Of a stretch of 64,000 bases of DNA, positions 27,401 through 39,565 are shown piece by piece. The translations under genes and the position numbers were made by a program. The notes under the pieces were generated by a model. That model did not search any database. It saw only the letters and a list, made by a program, of their open reading frames with translations, and was not told the origin of the DNA. The number at the start of each line of letters is the position of its first letter. Position 1 is the stretch's first letter. Location: the NCBI GenBank assembly GCA_028534125.1, contig CM052818.1, forward strand, positions 24,926,001 through 24,990,000, written 5' to 3'. Source of the DNA: Lama glama. Its lineage: Eukaryota.

Positions 27401-27776
27401 TCTCTGCTGATTTACAATGTGCTTTGCAAATGAGGCTGTGTTTAGAGGAAGGAGAAATCCTAAAAATGGAGATGGCTAAAGAATTATTGATGGGGCAATT
27501 AGGGATTGAGCTTTGAAAGGTCTATGAGAGTAAATTGGTGGAGAGAGAGATAGTATTTCAGGAATGGAAAACCATGTGATCCCAGAGATTGTAATGAACA
27601 AGGCATGTTCATGGGATAGTGACTATCCTGGTCCTGCTAGAATAGAGTATTCGTGATGGAAAGTTTAAGATAAATTTGAAAATATTGATTATATTCAGAC
27701 TGTAGAGGGTTTAAACAACAGTAAGATCTTAGGTAATGAAGAAAAGAAGAATGACATGATGGAAGAAGAGATTGTT

Positions 27777-27881
27777 GGGGGAGGGTATAGCTCAGTGGAA
27801 GAGTATGCCTAGCATGCATGAGGTCCTGGGTTCAATCCCCAGTACCTGAAGAAGAGGAAGAGGAAGAAGGAGAAAAAGAAG
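27777..27881 (+). mobile_element. Camelid tRNA-derived SINE (Vic-1-like head) with GAA-rich tail
   Basis: ggggagggtatagctcagtggaagagtatgcctagcatgcatgaggtcctgggttcaatccccagtacc followed by gaagaagaggaagagg... Confidence 0.85.
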
Positions 27882-29004
27882 ATAGATTCAGAATTAATCT
27901 AGCAGTGGTGGTAAAGTAAGTGCTGAGAAGGACTTCAGATTACCTAGGCCTGGGTGATGAGAATCATAAGGACAGCACTGGAAGCAAAGGAGGAGATGCC
28001 AGAAACATTATGAATAAAAACAGTGAATACGTCAGCTGAAGGGGATAAAAAGAATCAGACACAAATGCTGGAGATTCAAGCCAAGATGACTAGGACAATG
28101 ATGGATCTGTCGACTGAAATAAATAAACAACCTTTATATAAGCAAGTAGGTACATAAAATCAGGAGGCAAAATTTAAGCACAGATTTGGAGATTTAAGCT
28201 CTGGCCATTTGAGTTTGAGAGGACAAAAAGATATCTGTATAGAAAAGCCCACCTGATAGAAAAGTGGATTCAGCAGGTATCTACCTAGAGAAACTGTGGG
28301 AGTTGGTGTAGAAAAGAACAGAGATAGCATCTGGAGGCAAGGGCTGGGTAGAGGATGAGGAACCAGGGTCTGGCAGCCTGTTGCGAGTCAACCAGGAGAG
28401 CTACCCAAGCCAGGATGGGGAGTTTCAAGAAGGGCCTGGTCAATGGTGTTGTGAAGAGCGGGAATATACAGGAGCCAATAGAAGAGTGAGAAAGGGTCTC
28501 AGCAACATGACGCCTGGGCTTTTAGCAAGTCATCACCCATAGAGGAGGCAGGGCAGGAATCAAACTTCTGGGGTCTGGGGGATGAATGAATAGAAGGCAA
28601 GGGAAAAAACGGTAACACATATTGATTAATTTTGGGAGAACTTTGACAGTCAAAGGAGGGAGGGATTTATTCTACAGCTAGCAAGGTCAGGAAGATTAAA
28701 GCTTTTTTGAAGGCAGAGAAAGCTCATGTATGTTTGAAGGAGAAACACGGGGAAGGAGAACTGAAAATTACTCCTAAAACTGAAATTAAATTAATAATTT
28801 GAATAAAGAAAAGTTACGATATAATTAATATTATTATTGCTTGCCTATAATACAATTTCACTTTATCATGGACTAATTTGATGTCAAATAGAGAATTTTA
28901 AAAAAATCTATAGGTATTCCATTAGATCTAAGGGAGACAAAAAAGGTAGATCTAAAGGTAGAAACTTCCTTTTTCTATTTCTGTAGGGATATCAACTTTG
29001 TGGT

Positions 29005-29484
29005 TGTGGTCGAATACAATAATCTGCCCACTCCACCCCAAGAACATAAGAATATGTTACCTTATGTGGCAAAAGGGACTGAACGTGATTAAGGATCTTG
29101 AAATGAGGCGATTATCCTGGAATATCCAGTGGGTCCAATCTAATCATGTATGTTCTTAAAACCAGAGAAACTTTCCTGGCTAGAGTCAGAGAAAGGTGTA
29201 CAATGGAAAAGAGGGTAGAGAGATGCATTGTTGCTGGCTTTGAAGATAGAGGAAGGAGGGCACAAGCCAAGGAATGCAAGAAACTTCTAGAAGCTGAAAA
29301 AGGCAAGGAAACAGATTTTCCCCTAGAGCTTTTAGGAAGGAATGCAGCCCTACTGATGCTTTGGCTTTAGCCTGGTGAGACTAACTTTGGACTTCCGACC
29401 TACGGTACTGTAAGGTAATCAGCTGTCTTATTTTCAGTCCTTTAGGAGATGGTAACTTATTACAGCAGCAAGGAAACTAATATA
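29005..29484 (+). mobile_element. MaLR solo LTR (MLT1D-like)
   Basis: gaatatgttaccttatgtggcaaaagggac..gattatcctgga..gctggctttgaagat..aaggcaaggaaacagattttcccctagagc..acagcagcaaggaaactaata. Near 5-bp TSD gtggt/gtgtt. Confidence 0.85.
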
Positions 29485-31567
29485 GTGTTAAATAGCTTTC
29501 TTTTTCAAATAGGCAGCCCACAATTCATCAGTACTTTCTCTCCTCCCTGACCCTGTTCCCCCTTTGATCACAGTCCAAGGATCTACTGAATTCTACTGAA
29601 TTCCACCAGATATAACAACTAAAATTCCCAACAGCTGGAGAGTGAATGTTTGCGCCAATCCTCCGGTGCTCCGGGTGTCTATATTCTCCAGGCGTTTCCT
29701 TCAGCTGAACACTCATTCTCTCGCCCAAGGTGCTGCTCTATCTGCCATCCAGCAATAGGAAAAGGCTTGAGAATGATTGAGGTGAATTGTCCAGAAAGTC
29801 ACAGAGAAGCCTGAGTGCCAATGATTGTGTCCCCCTACCGTCACAGGAAAGATGCGCTCAGTGAGTTTTATAGATTTGTGCAGAACCATGAGCTATTTCC
29901 TGTATCAAACAGCTGGGGAGGTTTTGTTTTTTCTTCACTTTGAACTCAGTCAGAACGGCTTTCTACCTGGCATTTGACAGAATGGAGCATCTGCAGCGAT
30001 TGCCCTAATTACCCAAACCCAAGTCATCAAGACCCTAGAGGTTGCCTTTGGACTCCAAGTATGGACTCTGAACAAGGACCCAAGTATCTTGAGAGTTACC
30101 TATAAGGCAGGTGTCTACTGAATGAGCAGTATTGTTCCAGAGGAGGAATTTATTGCACAGGAGGAAGGAAAGACATCAAGGCTAACTAGTAGATACAAAA
30201 GGAGCTAAGTTAATAAATCCAGGGGAATGTGGACAGGTCATGAATACTTTATGGAGAAATAGCCAAAAACAAACAAACCAAAAAAGGAGAGGAGGAGAAA
30301 CTGAAGAACGTTTATATTCTTAGCATCATAAAAGTCAACGGTGTCAAGAACACAGTTGGAGTGTCAGCGTAAAGCACAGAAAGTCTGTGCCAGTCACTGT
30401 TGCTTGGCACTGGGGCTTATTTCCCTTGTTAATGATGTTATGATAAAAAATGCATTAGGTTAGTTATTGGTAATTAGGTTACATGTGTCTAATTAGCACC
30501 ATTTTAAGAAGAGACTTGAGTAGAGATTTAGAGGAAGGATGGTTGTGTAGCCATAAATGAGGTCATGAAATATCAGTTTACCTCTAAAGGGTTAAGTTGT
30601 ACTCTTCCAACAGAGAGAGCTTCTGGCTCCCCTTTGCTTCTCTGGCTGAACCAGCAAATGGATATAAAATGTGTTTATGTATAAGCATGGTCTTGGCAGG
30701 CCTGTGTGGGAGAAAATTCTCAGCACATAGGCCAGTGATGCTCTGTGGAAGCCAGCGGCTGGCCCTGCCTCCTGGTATTCAAGAGGGTGTGCACATCCTG
30801 TGGGTGCATGTAGAAGAGGTTAGAGTCGCTCATTGTAAAGTCAAGACCAATGTTCAGTAATGCATATGAGCTAATCTTTTAAGGAGACTCACTTATGGGT
30901 ACCATATGTACGGCAAACAGATCTATTGACCCAGATGATGTCTATATGTACGTCATTCCTGGAAAAATGAAAGATGTCTGCTTATTTGTACATTTTTCAG
31001 AGATCTTTTCTCTAACTGGACAAGGGAAGGGACAAGTGTTGGGAGTGGAGGGGCGATAGTGTGATAAATCTTTTTCAACTTTAAGATGTGTTTTTGTTGA
31101 TATTCCATGGTGCTTATATTAAGGGTTATGTTTTGTCTTCCTGCACCTTGATAAAAGGTATGTGTATGTCAACTTGCATACACTCACAGGTATTTGTAAA
31201 TACATATCATCTCTCAACTTGACAAGTAGGTTAATAACATGTGTATGTATATGCAGATGAGGTGGGAGGGGCCAGTAAAATCCCACCACTAAGAACCCAC
31301 TGCCACCTGGTAATTGTATCACTTCACTGCAGGAGAACTGAAGAAATAAACTATCTCAAGTGACGAAATAATCTAGCGGTCTTGGAAGGAAACACATACA
31401 ATCCTCTCCTACACTAACTGATGCTAAACCCATGATCCACAATGAAAGTGTACTGTGTCCGCACGCTTAATATTACACAGAGTGATAGGTTATATACCCA
31501 ATTTTTATTAGCACTCCTGCTTGACAATTCTTTTCTTCCTTTTAAGGTAAGTTAATTTATATCATCC

Positions 31568-32148
31568 TGTAGCATGCCTTTTTATTGTGTGCCTTTGACA
31601 CCTTGGGGTCTTACTGACTTCGGAGAAACTGCCCCTCCCAGGGCTAGCCAACTCCAGAGACAGCAAAGAACTCATCCTAGAGTACACCCTTCATATGCAA
31701 CAACGAAGCCAGAGCCTGCCCTGACACTCCCCTTACTGGGCTTCCACATGCTGAGCCACTGTCCCCAGCCCTAATCACCCCAAGACCAGGGTATCAAACA
31801 GCTAGCGACAGCTCTTATGCCCCAGAACCCACTGGAATCATTCAAACTAGCCAATGTTAAACGTTTTCACCCTGCCTCACCTGTTTCTTCCCGCAGAAGG
31901 CACAAACTTCACAATCCCAGTTTTATAGCTGAGGAACCTGAGACCTAGAAAATGAGGTCTCTTGCCCTAGTTTCCCCCTTGCTCCTTCTGCCTCCTGGTG
32001 GATCCCACTGCTTGCCCTCCCCCTCTCCCTCCTCCCAAGGCGTAGCCCCTTCCCTTGGGAACTGCAAGTAACAAACTATTTTTTCAGTGGCAGTCACCTC
32101 TTGATCTTTTGTCCTCTCCATACCTGAATAAAGCTACGTCTTAAAACA
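31568..32148 (+). mobile_element. ERV1 solo LTR, MER39-like
   Basis: TG...CA termini; actgcccctcccagggctagccaa..., cttgggaactgcaagtaacaaactat..., AATAAA..ttaaaaca. Flanks catcc/cagcc. Confidence 0.7.
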
Positions 32149-33329
32149 CAGCCCGGTAGGGGTAGGTTCATGATCATTGTGTTGATTAGTGAAAAGATTA
32201 GGATTCTATTGTTTGGGAGATGGTACTAATAAGGCCAATAGTTCAGTCGAAAGAAAAGTCCATTACTTTTACAAGTCATTGCCAAATATGCACACTACAA
32301 ATCTAGGTATTAGCAAATATTTACTTACAGCTACCAGGTACCAACTAGATCTGCAGAAAACCATCTCTCTACTCTAATTCAAGTGGAATGCTTATATAAG
32401 CAGCTGGAATTACCAAGGCCAGGAAAGAAGAACCATAATTCACCTCTGGTGGGCCATGACCACCTTAGTCAGTACAAATACATGATGTCTAGGAGCTCCA
32501 CCATTCCCCATCCATGCCGTCTGGAACGGAGGCCCAGGCAGGGGTTCTGTGACCATATCACCTTGGGTTCCTTCCAGCCAGTCTGCAATAAATTGCTTCA
32601 CAAATGTGCAGCCTTTGACCTTACACCTAAATGTGTTAATACAAAGGACAGCCACCATGTCTTTACAACGTAAGTATCTCTAAAGACATCCATGGAATTG
32701 TCCTGAAGTTAATTACGAGGAGGCTACGTAGAGTGGGTCTACTTGGTTTCATTTAAACAACTGTACACTTTTATAGTTAGAAACTTCACAATCCCAGTTT
32801 TATAGTTGAGGAGCCTGAGACCTAGAAAAACAGTGATTTTTCTAGAATTAATGGCTAACTGGGATAGAATCCCCATCTGACTCCTACTGCGGCTCTGCCC
32901 TATCTAGTTGTGTGATTTAGAGCATGTCTACTAACTTCCCTAAACCTCGATTACTTTGTTGGAAAACAAGGATCATAGAACTCCTTCGTAGCTTTGTTGT
33001 ATTATTCAAGACATGAAAAGTGCTTCATAAACTATAAAATAGGAAATGAATAATGTATGTTATTAATAGTGTCATTAAGCTAATAGAACAAAGGGGCCAG
33101 GTGGATAAACAACTTGGACTTACAGTCCCACCTTCTCTTGTGAGACAGAAAGCATTTCTAGAATATTACTAGGATAAGAAATACACTCAGATGAAATGCT
33201 TCATCCAGGAGCCTGGAGTGACCATGGAACCTCTGTTTGTAATTATGAATTTATTCTTTTTGGCTACTGTATAATCCCAGGATTACTCTGGGAATCTTGA
33301 CTGAAAAGCTTTTAAATTATTTAATCTCC

Positions 33330-33775
33330 TTTTGCAAATATATATTTAGTTACAGAAGTAATACACATTAATTGCAAACTTTCCAGTAAAACAGAAATGT
33401 AGCAAGCTAAAGTGATGAGCCTCCCCTCACTTCCCTCAACTCCAGTCCCCAAAAGCAGCACTGATACACAGTTTCTGAAACACAGAAATGAGATCATATT
33501 TTAGATATACATATAAAGAGAGAGAGAGAGATGTTTTTCCCTTAGCAATCTAAAGTGGACATCTTTATCCAAATACAGCTGCTTGGCTAGTTTTTCACAG
33601 CTACATAATATACCATTGCATAAATATATCATAATTTATGCACCCCCTCCCCATTTGGGTTGCTTCTAATTTGTCATTCTTGTGCATGATGCTATAATTA
33701 ACTTCACTGTGGATGTACTTGTGGACACTTGTTTAAATATTTCTGTAGAATTGATTTCTGGAAGTCAAAGGGCAG
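33330..33775 (-). mobile_element. Ancient L1 (L1ME-like) 3' fragment
   Basis: acagaagtaatacacatt..., catttgggttgcttcta...atgatgctataatt...tttctggaagt resemble degraded L1ME antisense sequence. Confidence 0.55.
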
Positions 33776-36700
33776 GCACCTTTGGGAGGGGGTCAGAAGA
33801 CCTAGGCTTTGGTGTTTTCACTTTAAGTAACTGTTTTGACTTTCAGCATACTTCGTCACCAACTACACCTCCAGGCAGACAATGGGGCACAAGCCGAAGG
33901 CAGGTGCAGTGTAGATGGTGCAGAGTTGGTAACTGCACCAGAATAGAACCCAGTGCATAAGAGGGGTTGAGTGAAATGCTTTGCAGTGACTCAGCCCTCA
34001 CATCCTTTGCCACTCACCCCATCAAACTCCGCATTCCTGCTGACTTGCAGCATCTGTGTATACAGCAAAACTTTTGACAACGCCAGCCTGGGGTTCCTTT
34101 AAATACATGGAGGAGATCATGTCACAGTTAGTGAGCATTCATAATGAATAAAAACAAGAGGAAGCTGAAAGTACCATCCTGCAAAAAGGCCAGACTCGGT
34201 TTCCATTTGGAGGCAGGAAATATCCATCTTTCATGAGCCAGGCAAGGCCCTGGTAGGCCCAAGGCATGGCTCTACCCAGTGGGCTGCTCACAACACCAGC
34301 CTCTCTCAAGCTCCCACAGTCCCAGCCTATGTGTCTGAATTCTAGCTCTTGGGGAAATGCTGCAATGAATCCCAACTTTTGGAGTTGCCTTCAGCTTCAA
34401 GAAAAGATTTTTGGGAATCCAGTTGTATTTACTGAACATTCATGGACCAATTCCTGATGCTTCCAATCTTCTCCATCAACTGTAATTCACCTGTTACATT
34501 TGGACTTCTGGCTGTGCTATAGTTTTCCTAAATTGAAACATTTCTTACACTCAAAGTTCTCCCTGGTGTTCAAAAGCAAAATTGGTTTCCTATAAAAACT
34601 TGGCATCTCTATTATTAATTAACAGAAAGCAGAATGCCTCTGTGTGTTTACCTTCACAAAGTGTATCCATGCAATGCATTTCCTTCCCAGAGGCAAGGTT
34701 ATTCCTATAGACCAGAAATTAAGTATGTATTAAAAGCAACAAGTGCAAGCTTTTCACCAGCAGGGAAGTTCTGAGAAGCAGACTACTGTATTTCATGAAA
34801 AGACATGGGACACAAGGGTGTGAAAATTAAATAGGACCTCTCACCAGGAGAAAGTAAATGATGTTAAATCTCTCACTTTATCTGCAGCTACTTTTCTGTG
34901 GCTTGATCCAATTTGCCAAACAATGTATGGGCTGCTTATCCAGCCAATCAGTAGCTATTCATTGGCCGGCTTTGTGGCTAATCTGACTTGCCAGTAGTGC
35001 GCATGTGCATGTATGAGTATGTGAGATTTTATTGCTAGTTATAACAAGAGGATTCATAGAGCTTTAGAACTTAAAGTTAGAATTCTTTTAAAGTCTGGTG
35101 CTGAATAGTAAGATGATAACAAAGGCTCTCTGTGTGGTTTCTTTTCAGTCGCTATAATTTGAGTCATGATATATCTAAATCCGTGAACCAGATTGTGATA
35201 TTAGTTACACTTCTATATGTATTAGATGATTTGAAGTCATAAATGATTTCTGGGTCCACCCTTGAAGTTGGGAGCCACATTTGCTATCATATTTGCCTCT
35301 GTGGATGTTATAACAAGGTTAGAGATGTAAATAAAACTGATCAATACTAGATGTTTGATAAACATTTGCTGACTTTAATTAGAGGTACTCTCTTTCCTCC
35401 ACTGTTTATGTTCTATGATAAACAAACAGAAAATAAAATATATTCATTGAAAAGGGCTGCTCAGAATCCTTCAGGGTTGTCAGTCATAAGAAGCAGGGGG
35501 CACGGTGGGACTTATGGTTGAAGGAAATGGCCTTGGCAGTTCTCTTTTCTCTTCCCCTTCTGTTGAAATCAGAGCCAGAGCCAAACAGAGCAATTCCACG
35601 TGTCCTGGGAGTGCTGAGGAACATCAATTCTATTAAACCAAAAATGGGACAGAGCCCAGACTCAGGCAAGCAGGAGGCATGCTGGGGCCTTGGCAGCAAA
35701 GGGAAGGCAGGAATGAGCACCATAAACCAGAGTCCGAGCTGGGCCAGCTGTAACATCGAAGGCCCTGAGTCCAGTCTGACAGGTGCACGCTCGCTGGCAT
35801 ATAAAGGGGTCACAGGGCCCACAGGAGTCACCCCTTCTACCTCCATCCCTCACCAGATCTCTGCCTGGCCCCTGTGCCAGCCAACCATTCACTTCAGCCT
35901 CAGTTTCAATCCGGGCACCTCTGTCCATCTGTTCTTTGATACCACAAGGTACCCCATCACCTCCAAGCTCATGACATTTCTTATCCTTTCTCCTTTAGTG
36001 ATGCTTAAACTGCTTTTCTAGAATCATGAGCATCGTGGCCCCTGGAGCCTGTCTTCGGCACTCACTCTTGTAACTGCCCCCACAGGCCACCAGAGCATTC
36101 AGCCCAGCATTCTTAGCTTATGCTTTGCCCTGGGCTCTGGGCAGAGAGAGTGAGACTCAGTCTCAAGGCATATCATCCAAAGGTGTAATGAGGTCAGGCT
36201 CAGTTCAGAATTTGTGGATAGCAGAGTTTTGGCCCAAAATAGCAAGAGATTCTGAGGATGGGCTCAATCATGATGTCAGGTAAGAAGTTGCCATCAGTAT
36301 TGGGTGATGAAGAAGAGCGTGGGGCCAGCATTGTGACCTTGTCACTGGACACCCAGGCTGGAAACATCAGCTAATCCCAAAGGGGAGGCTGATACACTTC
36401 CTGCCAGTTTTTGATTTGTGACTGAGGTGGACATGAGGTTCAAACTGGGGCCATTTTAAAATCCAGCCTTAAGGAGGTAGGGAGGACAAAGTCAGAAGGA
36501 GACGGATGAGTCCAAAAAGTAAGTGATATGGCTGCTTCTTGGAGGAGACGCCAACTTAAACAATGACGATTTATAGTATAGTAAGACAAGAAAAAAATCT
36601 CCATTAAAAGAATTATGTTTGAGAGAACTTTCAGGAAGGAATAAAAAGATGCAATTTGGGGTTTTCCTAACTACACAGAAAATGGTTATGATAGTGACTA

Positions 36701-38498
36701 TAAACTTACTCACAAACCAAGAGCATTTACTTCTGATGGGCATGCACCTTGCTGAAGGAAAAGAAGAAATATCCCTTTCAGAGCTCACAAGTTCCCAGTT
36801 AAATGACAACTCTCTCAATAGAGCTAGTAGTTCAAAAGAAATAGTCAGGCCAGGAGAAGGCCTGCTGGTTTTAAGGGAACATCTAAACTCGCACACCAAG
36901 ATCAAAAGGTTTCCTCCCAAAAGTCTGTGTCAGTCATTTAATCCTCCTCACTGTGTAATCTGATTTGCCACGATAAGTCAACATAATAATCACAGCAGCA
37001 AATACTTAAATATACCCTTCAAACCTGGATAATTTGCCCAGAAGTAAAATGCATCCAAGGATCCAGTATTCTGACATTTAATAAAAGTTTGAATTATAGT
37101 TGCAGTCTGCTGTGATTTAATTTTCTGGAGCTCAATATTTAATAAAACAATAGAAAATTATTACAAGTACGTTGTGCCATTCAGAAACTGCTGGCTATGT
37201 GCCTGCTTCTAGGGTCAGACTGTAAGAGATTAAATTCCAATTTAGCCATGTACTAGTTGTCTGACTAGCCAGTGATTCAACCTAGATGTCCTTCCATTTT
37301 TCTCACCAGCAAAACGGGAATCATCCTAGAATCTACTTACCATGGCTCTGCGAGGATTAATAACAATACATCCACATTGCTTTGAAAACTGCCTGCCCGA
37401 CACTCGGAGGGGACGTAGCAGAAGTTAACTAAGTTTATGATTTTGTAAAATGGAAGTGCGCTACTCACTCTGCTTGTTTTGTTTGTTTGCTTGCTTGCTT
37501 GTTTCAAATAACTGTCCAAACATCTGCACATTTTCCCAGTCTGTGTCAAATCTTCTTTCAAATAAACCCTTTTTAGAAAGAGAAGAATTGAATTGATTGT
37601 AGACTTCTACTCGGAGAATCTGCAGTTGTGTGGCTGAGAAGCTAACGCTGCAAGGCATCTGAGCCTCAGATCACAGAGAAATCTGACTTTAGGGCAATCT
37701 TAGAAACTGGCACCAGCCTTTGAGTTCCAAATCTGAAAGAATTTCCAGAAAGCACAAGGGAGGAAAGATCTGGTGAACAAGGTAACATGAAAATATTGGT
37801 TAAGTTGACTTCTGCCCTGTCTACTATAAGTTTCATGATAGCAAGAAAGATGTCACATTCGCCTTTTTATCCTTGAGACCAGTAGAATGTCAAGAATCTA
37901 GAAGGTATTCGGTGAATGCTGGTTGATTGTTTAAATGAATGAACTTAGAAGTGAACCACAGACATGGTACTGAGCTCATAATGCGTTCTTTCTTCGTGTA
38001 GGCTAGCACTCCATCAGAGAAAAAGATTTTGCTTCATTTTTCAGTAAAATTTTGTTGAGGGTTTTGTTTTTCTTTCTGGATCTCTGATTATTTAGGTAAC
38101 AAGAACACATAATAAAAAGAACTCCCATATGCTAAGCATAACACACCTGATCAGAGAAGAATTCTTGGGTGTGCTATTACTACTGTACTAGTTTTACAAA
38201 TTGAAAATGGAGAATAGTAAGGTTGAGTTTTTCCAAGATCACCCAGCTAACAAGAAGCTGACATAGGCCTGTAACCCAGCTTTATCCTATTCCTAAAGAC
38301 CCTGCTTTTAACCACAGCATTGCATTAAACTCTTAAAATCACAAAATATCAAAGACTAAAAGGATCTTGTATACTTTATAGGGAAGGAAACTAAGACCAG
38401 AAGGGTGAAGTGCCTTGTCAAATACCACCTGGTTCATCAAAGCGGAGCCTAGGACTTGAAATTAAGACTCCTGTCTGACAATCCAAAATGCTTTCTCC

Positions 38499-39565
38499 AA
38501 ATATTTGCAAATGATGTGAGTGACAAGGGCTTAATTTCCAGAATATATAAGCAGCTCATACAACTTAATAACAAAAAAATAAACAACCCAATCCAAAAAT
38601 GGGCAGAAGAGCTAAACAAGCAATTCTCCAGTGAAGACATACAAACAGCCAATAGGCACATGAAAAAATACTTAATATCGCTAGTTATCAGAGAAGTGCA
38701 AATCAGAACTACAGTGCAGAATCACCTCACACCAGTCAGAATGGCCATCATTCAAAGGTCCACAAATAACAAATGCTGGAGAGGCTGTGGAGAAAGAGGA
38801 ACCCTCCTACACTGTTGGTGGGAATGCAGTTTGGTGTAGCCATTATGGAAAACAGTATGGAGATTCCTCAAAAAAGCTAAAAACAGACTTACCATATGAT
38901 CCAGGAATCCCATTCCTAGGCATATATCCAGAGGGAACTCTAATTTGAAAAGATACATGCACCCCAATATTCATAGCAGCACTGTTTACAATAGCCAAAA
39001 CATGGAAACAACCTAAATGTCCATCAACAGATGACTGGATACACACACACACACCCATACACTCACAGAATGGAATAGTACTCAGCCATAAAAAATAATA
39101 AAATAATGCCATTTACAGAAACATGGATGGACCTAGAGATTGTCATTCTAAGTGAAGTAAGCCAGAAAGAGAAAGAAAAATACCATATGATATCACTCAC
39201 ATGTGGAATCTAAAAAAAAAGAAGAAATAAATGAAATTATCTAAAACAGAAACAGGCTCACAGACATAATAAACAAACTTATGGTTACCAGGGGAAAAGG
39301 GGTGGAAAGCGATAAATCGAGAGTTTGAGATTTGCAAATACTATCTACTATATATAAAATAGGTAAACAGCAAGTTTTAAGTTTCTCCTGTATAGCACAG
39401 TGAACTATATTCAATATCATGTAGTAACCGACAATGAAAAAGAATATGAAAATGAATATATCTATGTATACATATGACAGAAACATTATGCTGTACACCA
39501 GAAATTGACATACTGCAAACTGATTGTATTTCAAAGAAAAAAATATGCTTTAAAAATTTTTTTTA
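38499..39565 (+). mobile_element. 5'-truncated L1 with ORF2 C-terminal Cys-rich remnant and 3' UTR
   Basis: ORF track: [43 protein letters not shown]...[22 protein letters not shown] (L1 ORF2 CCHC region). TSD aaaatgctttctcc (38485-38498) / aaaatactttctcc (39566-39579). Confidence 0.93.

Noticed and set aside
27777..27847. tRNA genes (also 9100-9172 and 58954-59025)
   Set aside because: A and B boxes are present, but each sits in a SINE context (body and/or tail, TSDs on two copies) and I could not fold a proper cloverleaf.
35484..36963. ORFs of 114-167 aa in intergenic DNA (also 4917-5548, 20334-21067 and 42595-42981)
   Set aside because: No recognisable domains or splice structure, and the lengths are compatible with chance ORFs.
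38456..38839. 127-aa ORF as a gene
   Set aside because: It is a fragment of L1 ORF2 in a 5'-truncated, stop-containing copy.
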